From positions 896,001 to 960,000 of the forward strand of contig OZ243972.1 in the NCBI GenBank assembly GCA_965214705.1: DNA of 64,000 bases, written 5' to 3'. Source of the DNA: Alphaproteobacteria bacterium (lineage in GTDB: Bacteria > Pseudomonadota > Alphaproteobacteria > UBA828). This document shows, piece by piece, positions 18,083 through 31,548 of the stretch (its first letter is position 1; each line of letters starts with the position of its first letter). The notes under the pieces were generated by a model. The model saw only the letters and a program-made list of their open reading frames with translations. It did not search any database and was not told where the DNA came from. The position numbers were made by a program, and so were the translations under genes.

Positions 18083-18259
18083 GGCACCCCACGCCCCCGA
18101 AGAAAGCGGCGCACCCTAGCCCGGATTTCTTACCGATGTCACGGCCTGCGACTGCGGCGCCGATCAAGCAGCGCCCTTGGGCAGCCTTGTTCGCTACCGG
18201 ACACACCGCTAGAGTAACGTTCGTCAATCTGACCCCTGAGACTGTCGAGGCAGCCCACC

Positions 18260-18499
18260 ATGAGCGAACCCGTCGTCGCCCAGGCGGAACCCTATGAAAC
18301 CGAGCTTGTCGCCGGAGAGAAGTATTTCTGGTGCGCCTGCGGCCTGAGCGCGACCCAGCCCTTCTGTGACGGCTCCCACAAGGTGACCGACATCCGCCCG
18401 ATCGTCTTCACCGCCGAAGAAAGCGAGACAGCGTGGCTCTGCGGCTGCAAGCAGACCGGGAGCAAGCCGCACTGCGACGGCACCCACAACACGCTCTGA
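18260..18499 (+). CDS. CDGSH iron-sulfur domain protein (two CDGSH motifs, MiNT-like)
   Basis: WCACGLS..QPFCDGSH and LCGCKQT..KPHCDGTH. Confidence 0.93.
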   Translation: MSEPVVAQAEPYETELVAGEKYFWCACGLSATQPFCDGSHKVTDIRPIVFTAEESETAWLCGCKQTGSKPHCDGTHNTL

Positions 18500-18525
18500 A
18501 AACGCGTCCGCGCGCCGGACAAGCC

Positions 18526-19092
18526 GTGGGCAGCGAATCTCGCCATTGGCGCCGCGGCGCGGCAAGCGCGGGCGGGGTGCTCCTCGCTACAGCCTTGGTG
18601 GTCGCGCTCACCGGCTGCAATCCGTTCGCTGACCCGCCGCCCTGCCCCAGAGTCAGCATTCTGAAGGAAGCGCGCCTGCTTACCCTCTACGGCGACGGGC
18701 CGGGGCGCGAAGCGCCTGACGTGGCCTTCGACTTGGAGCTTCGCAACGTGACCTCCGACTGCGACTATGATCTCGACGACAGTGGCGGCGGCGTGGAGGT
18801 CACATTCGCGCTGCCGATCCGCGCACTGCGCGGGCCCGCGGCAGAAAGCGACAGGGTGAGCGTGCCCTTCTTCGTCGCGCTTACCGACCCGAGCCGGCAA
18901 ATCGTCACCAAAGAGGTCTTCACGGCGGAGATCGCCTTCGAGGCCGACAGCACAAGTGCCCGGACGGTGGAGGAGATGGAGCAGTGGATCCCCCTCGGGC
19001 CGGGCGAAATCGGGGCGAGATACGAGACGCTGGTCGGCTTCCAGCTCACTGCCGTACAGCTCGAGGAATCTCAGCGACCCAAGACACAGTGA
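18526..19092 (+). CDS. Putative lipoprotein of unknown function
   Basis: Hydrophobic signal with LTGC lipobox followed by a beta-rich domain; GTG start at 18526 inferred. Confidence 0.7.
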   Translation: MGSESRHWRRGAASAGGVLLATALVVALTGCNPFADPPPCPRVSILKEARLLTLYGDGPGREAPDVAFDLELRNVTSDCDYDLDDSGGGVEVTFALPIRALRGPAAESDRVSVPFFVALTDPSRQIVTKEVFTAEIAFEADSTSARTVEEMEQWIPLGPGEIGARYETLVGFQLTAVQLEESQRPKTQ

Positions 19093-19220
19093 AGCGTGCG
19101 CCGCACGTTCGAGACGGTTTCGGATCGCAGTCGCCGCGCTGAACCGTGGCGACTGCCTTGTCACGCCAGCCGGCGCTTTCTACCATGCGCACGATCGCCC
19201 GGCGGAGAGGAGCCCACGCC

Positions 19221-19661
19221 ATGACCAAGGCCCAGACTGCTGCGGCTGCAAGCCCGGCCACCCCGGAGCCGCCGTTCACCCTTGTCAGGAGGGATGACCC
19301 CACCTTCGTGCCGGGACGGCGCGACTTCATGACGTACCGCGACCTCGGCGTCACGGCGGCGAGCGACGGACGTATCCGGGCGCAGATCACCTCAGCCAAG
19401 GTGGGGCTCACGCGGCCCACCGGTTGGCACACACATATCTGCAAGGGGCAGATCGTCTACATGCTGAGCGGCTGGATCGACCTCGCCTTCGAGCACGAGA
19501 CCATCCGCATCGAGGAAGGAGATTCGCTCTACATTCCAGGCGGCACGCCGCATAACGAGGTCGCGACCTCGGACAGCTTTGACCTGATCGAAATCTCCGT
19601 GCCCGCCGACATGGGCACAGAGCCCTGCGATCCGCCACCGAATTGGCGCGGGGACGAATAG
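19221..19661 (+). CDS. Cupin domain protein
   Basis: YRDLGV, TGWHTH and GDSLYIPGGTPHNE; ATG at 19221 follows a GGAGAGGAG SD. Confidence 0.85.
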   Translation: MTKAQTAAAASPATPEPPFTLVRRDDPTFVPGRRDFMTYRDLGVTAASDGRIRAQITSAKVGLTRPTGWHTHICKGQIVYMLSGWIDLAFEHETIRIEEGDSLYIPGGTPHNEVATSDSFDLIEISVPADMGTEPCDPPPNWRGDE

Positions 19662-19680
19662 GCAAGGCCGAGTCCGTCGC

Positions 19681-21342
<1,662 letters not shown>

Positions 21343-21439
21343 GATCCGTGGCCGCTTGCCTGCGTATGCGGAGTTTAGCGCGGATCGGCAGGGCTTCGCA
21401 CCCGGCTATCCGTCGCGCGCGGTCGAGGGCGGGTGGCGT

Positions 21440-23089
<1,650 letters not shown>

Positions 23090-23155
23090 CCGAGATGCGT
23101 AGACCGCAGCGCCGGTGTCAAGCTGGGATCAACCGGGTCCTGAACCCGATGGAGA

Positions 23156-24067
23156 TCAGGCATCGTTGAGCATCATCGCTGCAGCGCCCACCATGCCCGC
23201 ATCGTTGCCGAGTGCAGCCTTGACCACGCGGATCGCGCCGGCAGGTGCGAGCACGGCGCGCGCGACGGCCCGCTCAGCGGCCTCGCGGTAGAGCGCGAAA
23301 TGGCGCTCGCCCATGCCGCCCCCGATGAGGATCACCTCGGGCAGGAAGCTGTGGATGAGGCTCCAGACCGCCGTCTCCATGGCGTCCGTGCTGCGGACGA
23401 TGATCGCCCTCGCCGGCTTTTCTCCTGCCTCGGCGGCATTGAAGACGGCTTCGGCATCTGCATAGCCGAACTCGGCACCCGCGCGCGCCAGCGCCGGACC
23501 CGCAGCGAGGGCTTCGAGGCAGCCGCGGCCGCCGCAGTAACACGCCGGCCCGGTCGGGTCGACGATCACGTGGCCGATCTCGGGATGGTCGCCGGCGGCA
23601 CCCCGCAGGATCGCGCCGTCGATCAGCACAGCGCCGCCAATGCCGGTGCCGATGGTCAGCATCAGCGCGACGCGGGCGCCGCGAGCCGCGCCGGCCAGCG
23701 CCTCGCCCAGCAGCGCCGCATCCGCGTCGTTGATGAGCCGCACCCGCGTATCGAAGCGAGCGACGAGCGGGCTCAGGATATCGTTCCCCTCCCAGCCGGG
23801 AAGAGTGTAGAAATTCTCGATCCGCCCGCTCGCCTCGTCGAAGGGGCCTGGGCAGCCGAGGCCGATGCCCGTTAGCGTGGGTACATCGACGTTCGCTTCG
23901 GCCAGGGTCTCGTCGATGGCCCGGGTGAGCCGCTCAAGCCCTGCATCGAAGCCCGCTTCGGCGTCGGTCGCAATGGTCCGCCGCGCATGCACCGCACCGG
24001 CCGCATCCACCGCGCCGACCGCGATCTTGGTGCCGCCGATATCGACGCCCAGCGCGACGCGGCTCAT
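23156..24067 (-). CDS. ROK family sugar kinase
   Basis: Start MSRVALGVDIGGTK at 24067; INDAD, GTGIGG and EIGH..CYCGGRGCLE. Confidence 0.93.
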   Translation of the reverse strand: MSRVALGVDIGGTKIAVGAVDAAGAVHARRTIATDAEAGFDAGLERLTRAIDETLAEANVDVPTLTGIGLGCPGPFDEASGRIENFYTLPGWEGNDILSPLVARFDTRVRLINDADAALLGEALAGAARGARVALMLTIGTGIGGAVLIDGAILRGAAGDHPEIGHVIVDPTGPACYCGGRGCLEALAAGPALARAGAEFGYADAEAVFNAAEAGEKPARAIIVRSTDAMETAVWSLIHSFLPEVILIGGGMGERHFALYREAAERAVARAVLAPAGAIRVVKAALGNDAGMVGAAAMMLNDA

Positions 24068-24069
24068 AG

Positions 24070-24792
24070 CTAATCGTCGCCCAGTCCGGTGCCGGCCGCA
24101 GCGTTCCGGTCGCAGAGGCAGACGGCGTCCCCGTGGAGCCACAGGAACGATGCGGGCAGCGCCGGCGTGATGCGCCGGGCGGCAAGCTGCGCGAGCGGTG
24201 CCCGCTTGGCCTCGCCCGAAACCATGAGCAGGATTTGGCGCGCGCGCAGGATGTCGCCCAGGCCAAGGGTCAGGCCTTCGCGGACCGGGTCGGCGGTATC
24301 GGCCAGCATGGGGTGGCCACGCGATCGCTCGGCAAGGGTGGCGATGTGGCAGAAGGGATCGAAGCTTTCCGCCGGCTCGTTCAGCGCCAGATGCCCGTTC
24401 AGCCCAAGCCCCAGGATGCAGAGGTCGATGGGCCCGGCCGCTTCCAGGGCCGCTGCCACCCGCCGGCACTCTGCGGCCGCATCCGGTGCATCGCCGCGGA
24501 AGTCGATGCGTCGCTCCGGCGGCACGGCGAGCGGACCAAGCATCGTGCGCTGCAAGTAGGCGGCGCAGCTCGCCGGATCGTCGGGGCCGACGCCCGCCCA
24601 CTCGTCGAGCTGGATGTAGCGCGCACTCGCGAGCCGCTCCGGCGCGCCGGTCAGCAGCGCATACATGCCGGTCGGCGTTCCCCCGCTCGCGAGGCAAATC
24701 AGCAGGTCGGGCTTGGCGCGGGCCGCCTCCCAGATGACGTCCGCCGCCGCCCGATCGAGCGCCTCCCGGTCCGGCAAGACGGTAAAGCGCAC
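24070..24792 (-). CDS. Glucosamine/galactosamine-6-phosphate isomerase family (NagB/AgaI-like)
   Basis: LASGGTP, QLDEW, IDLCILGLGLNGHLALNEP and LPASFL. Confidence 0.88.
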   Translation of the reverse strand: MRFTVLPDREALDRAAADVIWEAARAKPDLLICLASGGTPTGMYALLTGAPERLASARYIQLDEWAGVGPDDPASCAAYLQRTMLGPLAVPPERRIDFRGDAPDAAAECRRVAAALEAAGPIDLCILGLGLNGHLALNEPAESFDPFCHIATLAERSRGHPMLADTADPVREGLTLGLGDILRARQILLMVSGEAKRAPLAQLAARRITPALPASFLWLHGDAVCLCDRNAAAGTGLGDD

Positions 24793-24796
24793 AGCG

Positions 24797-25885
24797 TCAG
24801 CCCGCGCCGCCCTGCCACAGATCCCAGGGCTTGGCTGCGTCGCTCCTGAACGGCAGCGCGACCTTGGCGCCGGTGCGGGCGGACTCGTAGGCAGCGAACA
24901 GCACCTCCTGCACGGCGCGCGCGTCCTCCCCGGTCACCAGCGGTTCCGTACCGTTCTGCACGCAATCCACGAAGTGGTCGAACTCGCCCCAAAAACCGTA
25001 GTTCCACTCCTCCTCGTAGATGGTGAAGCTCCACCCCGAGGTCTCGCCGCCCTTCTCCACTGCGTAGTCGTAGCCGCCGCGGCTGTAGGTCTCGATGGAG
25101 TTGCCGTGGAGCAGGTCGGCATAGGCGACACCCTCGGAGCCATGCACCTCGGCTCGGTCGTCCATGCCGCCAGGCTTGGTCCAGCTGGTCTCGTTGAGGA
25201 AGAGGCAGCCGCCCTCGAACTCGAGGATGAGCAGCGCGTTGTCCTCGCCCCTGGTCTTGTCGCCGTGCACCTGGGTCGAGAGTTGGGCGTAGACCGAGAC
25301 GATCGGCGCGCGATCCAGCATCCAGCGGGCGAAGGCGATGCCGTGGCAGCCCATATCCGCGAGCACGCCGCCGCCTGCGCGATCCACGTCCCAGAAGTGG
25401 GGCGCGTGAGGGCCGTCATGCTTCTCGGACTGCTTGATGAGGGTTGGGCGCCCGAGGGCACCGGCGTCGAGCAGCGACTTCAAGCGCATGTACTTGGGCG
25501 CGAAGCACAGCTCCTCGGCATACATGAGGAGCACGCCGGCATCGGCGCAGGCGGCGATCATGCTGTCGGCCTCGGCCATGCTCAGGCACATCGGCTTCTC
25601 CAGCACGACGTGCTTGCGGGCAGCCGCGCAGTCCAGCACCAGCGGGCAGTGTGTGTCGTTGGGCGTGCCGATGACCACCATGTCGATATCGTCGCGCGCG
25701 AGCAGCGGGCGGTGATCGGTCCAATGGTGGGACAGGCCATAGGTCTCGGCGAAGGCCTCCGCGTGGCCCGGTGTGGGCGACGCCACGCCGATGAGGCTCG
25801 CATTGGGGTTGCGCACCAGCGCGCGGGCGTGAATCCCGCTGACGAATTGCGAACCAAGGAACCCGACACCGACCGGTTTCGTCAT
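24797..25885 (-). CDS. Gfo/Idh/MocA family NAD(P)-dependent oxidoreductase
   Basis: TPNDTH, HVVLEKPM and AGGGVLADMGCH. Confidence 0.92.
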   Translation of the reverse strand: MTKPVGVGFLGSQFVSGIHARALVRNPNASLIGVASPTPGHAEAFAETYGLSHHWTDHRPLLARDDIDMVVIGTPNDTHCPLVLDCAAARKHVVLEKPMCLSMAEADSMIAACADAGVLLMYAEELCFAPKYMRLKSLLDAGALGRPTLIKQSEKHDGPHAPHFWDVDRAGGGVLADMGCHGIAFARWMLDRAPIVSVYAQLSTQVHGDKTRGEDNALLILEFEGGCLFLNETSWTKPGGMDDRAEVHGSEGVAYADLLHGNSIETYSRGGYDYAVEKGGETSGWSFTIYEEEWNYGFWGEFDHFVDCVQNGTEPLVTGEDARAVQEVLFAAYESARTGAKVALPFRSDAAKPWDLWQGGAG

Positions 25886-26098
25886 CGACAGCCTCGCTCT
25901 TGCAGGAAGTCGCGCGGGGCGTCACGCTCCCGTTGGCTTTCTTACTACAGGCGCCGGATGCACGTCCGCAACCGGCTGCCGCCGGGGCTTGAGGCGTGAG
26001 TAGCAAGGTACTGTAATCCTGCCACCTACATTATGCTTGACGTAACGCGTATCGGCGGCCTACGTTTGAGACGGTGGCCACGTACGTTCAGAAGCACG

Positions 26099-26380
26099 TT
26101 GATTGTCGGCTTTGCAAACAAGAGAACGGAGGACTTCTATCGTGGCCGCAGGGTCGCAGCCTTCTCTGGTTTCGCGCGCACAGCGTCACGCAAGCTGGAC
26201 CAGCTCGACGCGGCCACGGGACTCCGAGACCTGATGCGCCCCGGCAACCGGCTCGAAGCGCTGAAGGGCCGCCGCAAGGGGCAGTGGAGCATCAGGATTA
26301 ATGACCAGTGGCGCATCTGCTTCGAATGGCCGGAGGGAAGCTCTGGCCCGGCCAGGGTTGAAATCGTCGACTATCATTGA
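26099..26380 (+). CDS. higB: HigB-type toxin (RelE/ParE superfamily, proteic killer)
   Basis: TTG start (MIVGFANK), PGNRLEALKG, WSIRINDQWRICF and EIVDYH. Confidence 0.92.
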   Translation: MIVGFANKRTEDFYRGRRVAAFSGFARTASRKLDQLDAATGLRDLMRPGNRLEALKGRRKGQWSIRINDQWRICFEWPEGSSGPARVEIVDYH

Positions 26381-26394
26381 GAGGGACGCACGAC

Positions 26395-26703
26395 ATGGCT
26401 CGCGAAGCCATCCATCCAGGCGAGACGCTGCGTGAGGATCTCGACGCCCTCGGAATGAGCGCCGCAGAACTCGCGCGGCGGATCGACGTCCCGGTGAATC
26501 GCATCACAGAAATCCTCAATGGCCGCCGCTCCGTCACCGGCGACACGGCACTGCGGCTGGGGCACTTCTTCGGGACGTCGGGGGAATTCTGGCTCAACCT
26601 TCAGAAGCTCTACGAGCTGAGACGCGCCGAGCAGAAGCACGGCGCGAAAATTGCCCGCTTGCCATCGTTACATGACAGCGATCGGATGCAGGCTTCGGGT
26701 TGA
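26395..26703 (+). CDS. higA: HigA antitoxin (Xre HTH)
   Basis: IHPGETL, NRITEILNGRRSVTGDTALRL and FWLNLQ; downstream of the toxin as in higBA. Confidence 0.93.
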   Translation: MAREAIHPGETLREDLDALGMSAAELARRIDVPVNRITEILNGRRSVTGDTALRLGHFFGTSGEFWLNLQKLYELRRAEQKHGAKIARLPSLHDSDRMQASG

Positions 26704-26824
26704 TCCACCCCCATCAGCACGCAGCCCTGGCGAGAAAAGCGGGGCAGGTATCGGTTCCACCGCCCAGAGGTGGCGCTGACGACCGCAGCGAGCGCCCGGC
26801 GACTGAGTGAAACGACCAAATTAA

Positions 26825-27127
26825 TCAGAAGCCGTGCTTGGCGGCCTCCTCGGCGTACTTGGCCTTTTGCTCAGGAGTCGCCTCGGTCTGGAAGTGCTCC
26901 TTCCACTCCGCGTAGGTCATGCCGTAGACCAGTTGGCGCGCCTCCTCCAGGTCCATGTCCAGCCCCTTCTCCTCGGCGGCGGCGCGATACCACTTGGAGA
27001 GGCAGTTGCGGCAGAACCCGGCGAGGTTCATCAGCTCGATGTTCTGCACGTCCGTGCGCTTGCGCAGATGCGCGACGAGAGTGCGGAAGGCGGCGGCCTC
27101 CAGCTCGATCTGGGTCTTATCGTCCAT
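26825..27127 (-). CDS. DUF1244 family protein
   Basis: Start MDDKTQIELEAAAFR at 27127; DVQNIELMNLAGFCRNCL and VYGMTYAEWK. Confidence 0.9.
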   Translation of the reverse strand: MDDKTQIELEAAAFRTLVAHLRKRTDVQNIELMNLAGFCRNCLSKWYRAAAEEKGLDMDLEEARQLVYGMTYAEWKEHFQTEATPEQKAKYAEEAAKHGF

Positions 27128-27413
27128 CGTCCGCCTCCGCGGTGCCGGCCTCGGTCGCGGCCTCAGCCGCAGCAAGCCGCGCTTCCAGTCGTGCGACGCG
27201 TTCGGCCAGCGCCTCGCTCTCGCTTCGGGCGCGCGCTGCCATCTCCTTGACCGCGTCGAACTCGTCCCGCGGGACCAGGTCCATCTGCGCCAGGATGCCT
27301 TCGAGGCGGCGCTTGACCATGGCGTCGAGCTCGCCCTTGAGGCCGCTGGCGGCCCCCATGGCCCCGGTGGCGACGCGGGCCACGTCGTCCAGAATGTGGC
27401 TGTCGGTCTGCAT
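27117..27413 (-). CDS. ubiK: UbiK / BMFP family coiled-coil accessory factor
   Basis: ILDDVARVATGA and MDLVPRDEFDAVKEMA..AR..EAL..RV..LE. Confidence 0.85.
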   Translation of the reverse strand: MQTDSHILDDVARVATGAMGAASGLKGELDAMVKRRLEGILAQMDLVPRDEFDAVKEMAARARSESEALAERVARLEARLAAAEAATEAGTAEADDGR

Positions 27414-27568
27414 CGGTAGTCTCCCGTCTCTTCGTCAGTATGCCACGGAGGCGTGCGCTCCCTGTAGCGTGAGATGAGTCGGGCCAAAGTGCTTTTCAAG
27501 CGGGATCAAACCGGCGACCATCGACGCATGGCAAGACGCGCGAGACGACAGAGGGGAGCGCGCCGCCC

Positions 27569-28192
27569 ATGACAGCAGTTGCGGGTGTGTTGCTCGCCGG
27601 CGGCCTCGCGCGGCGCATGGGGGGCGGCGACAAGTGCCTGCGTCCGCTCGCCGGCGAGACCCTGCTCGCGCGCGTGATTGCGCGTGCAACGCCGCAGGTC
27701 GGCCCGCTAATCCTGAATGCCAACGGCGATCCCGCGCGGTTCGCGCCGTACGGCCTGCCGGTGGTAGCCGATGTGGTGGAAGGCCATGCCGGGCCGCTCG
27801 CCGGCATCCTGACCGCGCTCGACTGGGCGGCGGAGAATGCGCCCCACCACCCCCTGGTGGCAAGCTTCGCCACCGATGCGCCGTTCCTGCCGCTGGATCT
27901 GGTCGAGACCATGGTGGAGGCCCGCGATCTTGCGGGCGCCGACCTCGCCTGTGCCGCGTCGGATGGGCGGGCGCATCCGGTGTTCGGGCTCTGGCCGGTG
28001 GAGCTCCGCGCCGACCTGCGCGACGCCCTGGTGGAGCAGGGCGAGCGCAAGATCGACCGCTGGACCGCGAGCCACCGGCTGGTGGAGGTCACCTTCCCCT
28101 GCGCTCCCGTGGACCCGTTCTTCAACGCAAACCGCGAGGACGACCTGGCCGAGGCCGAACGCCTGATCGCGGAGCACGGCAACGCACTCTGA
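27569..28192 (+). CDS. mobA: Molybdenum cofactor guanylyltransferase
   Basis: [33 protein letters not shown] and FFNAN. Confidence 0.94.
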   Translation: MTAVAGVLLAGGLARRMGGGDKCLRPLAGETLLARVIARATPQVGPLILNANGDPARFAPYGLPVVADVVEGHAGPLAGILTALDWAAENAPHHPLVASFATDAPFLPLDLVETMVEARDLAGADLACAASDGRAHPVFGLWPVELRADLRDALVEQGERKIDRWTASHRLVEVTFPCAPVDPFFNANREDDLAEAERLIAEHGNAL

Positions 28193-28216
28193 GCCCCACT
28201 GAGAGGGGCGACGCCG

Positions 28217-29479
28217 TCACTCCTCCGCGTGGGCGTAGGTAAGGTCGTGCGGCGGGCGGTCGCCGAGGGCCGGATCGGTGCCCGCCGGCTGATAGGGTGC
28301 GCCCAGCGTGCCGATGTCGAGCGGCACCGGCTGCTTGAGCAGGCTGCGTGCGATAACCAGCCGCTGGATCGAAGGCGTGCCCTCCTCCAGCATGTTGATC
28401 CGGCATTCCCGGTAGAGCCGCTCCAGCGGATAGGGGTAGTCGGTGAAGTAAGCGCGCCCGCCGACCACGTCCATCGCCTTGTCGGTCACCCGCATCACGG
28501 TCTCGAGCCCGAACAGCTTGGCGATAGAGGCTTCCACCGCGCACGGCTCCTCGCGGTCGATCTTGGCGGCCACGTCCTCAAGAATGAGGCGGAGCGCGTA
28601 GACGTCGCGGGCCATGTCAGCGAGCTCGGACTGCACCGAGGGGCGGGCGGCGATGGGCTTGCCGAAGGTGATTCGCTCGCCGGCAAAGTGGAGGGCGATC
28701 TCCAGCGCGCGCTCGGCGGTGCCCAGCGAGCTCGCAGCGACGAAGACGCGGCTCGGCTCCAGCTCGCCGAGGAAGACGTCGAGGCCGTCGCCCTCGGCGC
28801 CGACTATGCTATCTACCGGCACCGGGGTGTCCTTGAAGCGCAGGATGCCGTGGGGCGGGCCGTTGTTGCCCATCATGTCAGGCATGGGCTCGATGGTGAA
28901 GCCGGGCGCGCCAGTGGGCACCACCAGCGCGGTGAGCCCGCGTCGGTCGCCGCGTGCGCCGGTGCGGCAGCAGATCAGGTGGCCCGTGGCGAAGTCGGCA
29001 TTGGTGATGTAGTGCTTCGCGCCATTGACGATCCAGTTGTCGCCCTCGCGCCTCGCATGGGTGCCGACATCCATCCCGCTACCTGAGTTGGGCTCGGTGA
29101 TGGCGAAGGTGAGCGACTGCTCGCCGGTGGCGAGCGCCGGCAGCAGCGCCTTCTTCTGCGTCTCGGTGCCGTAGGCGACGATGGCGCGTGCGCTCGTGTT
29201 GTGGACGTGCAGTAGCACGCGGACGACGCCCGAGACCTTCGAGAACTCGGCGAGCAGCGGCAGGTACTGGGAGCAGCTTAGCGCGATGCCGCCGTATTCC
29301 TCGGGGATCACCGCGCCGAAGAGGCCATGATCGCGGAACTGCGGAAAGAGCGCGTCCTGCGGGAACGTGCCCGTGCGTTCCATCTCGCTGGCCTTGGGCT
29401 CGACCTCGTGCCAGAGAAAGTCGAAGACCCGCCTGCGGTAGGCCTCGTAATCGCTCGCCGTCTCAACTCCATTCACCAT
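28217..29479 (-). CDS. Acyl-CoA dehydrogenase
   Basis: [34 protein letters not shown] and EEGTPSIQR. Confidence 0.92.
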   Translation of the reverse strand: MVNGVETASDYEAYRRRVFDFLWHEVEPKASEMERTGTFPQDALFPQFRDHGLFGAVIPEEYGGIALSCSQYLPLLAEFSKVSGVVRVLLHVHNTSARAIVAYGTETQKKALLPALATGEQSLTFAITEPNSGSGMDVGTHARREGDNWIVNGAKHYITNADFATGHLICCRTGARGDRRGLTALVVPTGAPGFTIEPMPDMMGNNGPPHGILRFKDTPVPVDSIVGAEGDGLDVFLGELEPSRVFVAASSLGTAERALEIALHFAGERITFGKPIAARPSVQSELADMARDVYALRLILEDVAAKIDREEPCAVEASIAKLFGLETVMRVTDKAMDVVGGRAYFTDYPYPLERLYRECRINMLEEGTPSIQRLVIARSLLKQPVPLDIGTLGAPYQPAGTDPALGDRPPHDLTYAHAEE

Positions 29480-29562
29480 ACCGTGACTCCTGCCGCTTTT
29501 GTTTGCCGCATCTCCGCGAGGTGCTATCTAACACACAAGGACGAGACGGGTATGAGGGCGAG

Positions 29563-30036
29563 ATGACTGAAACGGCGATTTTCGGAGCGGGCTGCTTCTG
29601 GGGCGTCGAGGCCGCGTTTCGCCGGGTCGACGGCGTCGTCGAGACTGCGGTCGGATACGCGGGCGGCCACACGGCCGAGCCGGGCTACTACGACGTGTGC
29701 AGCGGGCAGACCGGCCATGCGGAAGTGGTGCGCGTGGTCTTCGATCCCGCGCGGGTGAGCTACGAGCGGCTGCTGGAGCTGTTCTGGCAGGTCCACGACC
29801 CGACCCAGGTCAACCGCCAAGGGCCGGATGTCGGCACCCAATATCGCACTGTCATCTTCTACGGCTCGGAAGCGCAGAAAGAGGCCGCAGAAGCGAGCAA
29901 AGCGAAGCTGATGGCGGCAGGGCACCCCATCGCGACCCTGATCGAGCCGGCGGCGGAATTCTGGATGGCCGAGGACTACCACCAACAGTACTTCGAGAAG
30001 AACCGGCGCATTCGCTCCGGCCTCTTCCGCATCTGA
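29563..30036 (+). CDS. msrA: Peptide methionine sulfoxide reductase A
   Basis: [26 protein letters not shown] and AEDYHQQY; ATG at 29563. Confidence 0.96.
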   Translation: MTETAIFGAGCFWGVEAAFRRVDGVVETAVGYAGGHTAEPGYYDVCSGQTGHAEVVRVVFDPARVSYERLLELFWQVHDPTQVNRQGPDVGTQYRTVIFYGSEAQKEAAEASKAKLMAAGHPIATLIEPAAEFWMAEDYHQQYFEKNRRIRSGLFRI

Positions 30037-30086
30037 CCGGCCGCGCCTGCCAGCGTCGCAAGAGTCAGGGCTGCGCCTCTCGAATC

Positions 30087-31436
30087 ATGGGAATCGCCGA
30101 GGCGGGTGACTCCGCCACCCTGCTAGAGGGACTGATTGCGCGCGCCCGGCGGCTCGGCGCCGACGCCGCCGACGCTGCAATGCTGCGCGGCAGCGCCCTC
30201 GACGTGAGCTGCCGCCTCGGCGAGCCGGAAGAGGTCGTCCGATCGGAGGTGCACAGCCTCGGCCTGCGCGTCTTCGTCGGCGAGCGCCAAGCCATCGTCT
30301 CCACCACCGATCTTTCGGAAGGCGCGCTCGCGCCCCTCGCCGAGCGGGCGATTGCCATGGCGCGCGCGGTGCCGGAGGACCCTTACGCGGGCCTCGCCGA
30401 TCCGGCCCTTCTCGCCCGGGACTGGCCCTCCCTCGACCTCGCCGATGCGGGGGAGCCCGGCCCGGACGACCTGATGGAGCGCGCGCTGACAGCCGAGGAC
30501 ACCGCCCGCGCCGTCGCCGGAGTCACCAACTCCGAAGGCGCCGGTGCCGGCTGGCGGCGGCGAGAGGTGACCCTGGTCACCAGCGACAGTTTCGCCGGCC
30601 AAACCGAGTCTGGCAGCCACTCGATCAGCGCAGCGGCCCTGGCCGGCGAAGGCACCGCGATGGAACGCGACTATTGGTGGTCGTCTGCGGTGTACGAGGC
30701 CGATCTGGATGCCGCCGCCGCAGTCGGCCGCCGCGCCGGCGAGCGCGCGGTGCGTCGCCTCGGCGCCCGCAAGGCGCAATCAGGCCAGGTGCCGGTGGTC
30801 TACGACCCTCGGATCGCCGGCGGGCTGCTATCCCACCTCGCGGGCGCGATCTCCGGCCCGTCCATCGCGCGCGGAACGAGCTTCCTGAAGGACGCGCTGG
30901 AAACTGTAGTGTTCGCCGCCGGTATTACCGTCGTGGACGATCCGCACCGGGTGCGGGGGCTGCGCTCGCGCCCGTTCGACGGCGAGGGCGTCGCCACGGA
31001 GCGGTGTGCGATCATCGCCGACGGTGTGCTGCAAACTTGGCTGCTCGACAGCCGCTCGGCCCGCCAGCTCGGCCTTGCCAGCACCGGCCATGCCGTGCGC
31101 GGGACCAGCGGGCCGCCGTCGCCCGCCTGTTCCAACCTTTGGCTGGAACCGGGCGCGGACGGCGCCGAGGCGCTCATCGGCGGCGTGGAGAGTGGCCTCT
31201 ACGTCACCGAGCTGATCGGCATGGGCGTGAACCAGGTGACCGGCGACTACAGTCGGGGCGCTGCCGGGTTCTGGATCGAGCAGGGCGAAATCGCCTATCC
31301 GGTGAGCGAGGTCACCGTCGCGGGCAATCTCAGGGAGATGTTCCGCCACCTCACGCCAGCCAGCGATCTTGAGTTCCGGTATGGGGTCGATAGCCCGACC
31401 GTGCGCATCGACGGCATGACAGTGGCGGGCCGCTGA
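30087..31436 (+). CDS. pmbA: PmbA/TldE peptidase subunit
   Basis: GLRVFVGERQA, SRPFDGEG, STGHA, GVNQVTGDYSRGAAG and EVTVAGNL. Confidence 0.92.
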   Translation: MGIAEAGDSATLLEGLIARARRLGADAADAAMLRGSALDVSCRLGEPEEVVRSEVHSLGLRVFVGERQAIVSTTDLSEGALAPLAERAIAMARAVPEDPYAGLADPALLARDWPSLDLADAGEPGPDDLMERALTAEDTARAVAGVTNSEGAGAGWRRREVTLVTSDSFAGQTESGSHSISAAALAGEGTAMERDYWWSSAVYEADLDAAAAVGRRAGERAVRRLGARKAQSGQVPVVYDPRIAGGLLSHLAGAISGPSIARGTSFLKDALETVVFAAGITVVDDPHRVRGLRSRPFDGEGVATERCAIIADGVLQTWLLDSRSARQLGLASTGHAVRGTSGPPSPACSNLWLEPGADGAEALIGGVESGLYVTELIGMGVNQVTGDYSRGAAGFWIEQGEIAYPVSEVTVAGNLREMFRHLTPASDLEFRYGVDSPTVRIDGMTVAGR

Positions 31437-31548
31437 ACGCTGACGGCGCTTCTCCACGGGGTATGCTACGGTTGGAGCCCATGCCCCGGCCATGCTATGG
31501 GGCTGATTTCAAGCGTTTAGGCGCTGGCGCCTGAACCGGGCGAAAGCC

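Noticed and set aside
25886-26824. Mobile element around higBA
   Set aside because: No transposase, integrase, terminal inverted repeats or target-site duplication could be seen.
23156-31436. Apparent N-terminal extensions on ROK (to 24697), DUF1244 (to 27499), MsrA (from 29188) and PmbA (from 29697)
   Set aside because: The extensions overlap neighbouring real genes in other frames; family-typical starts lie downstream.
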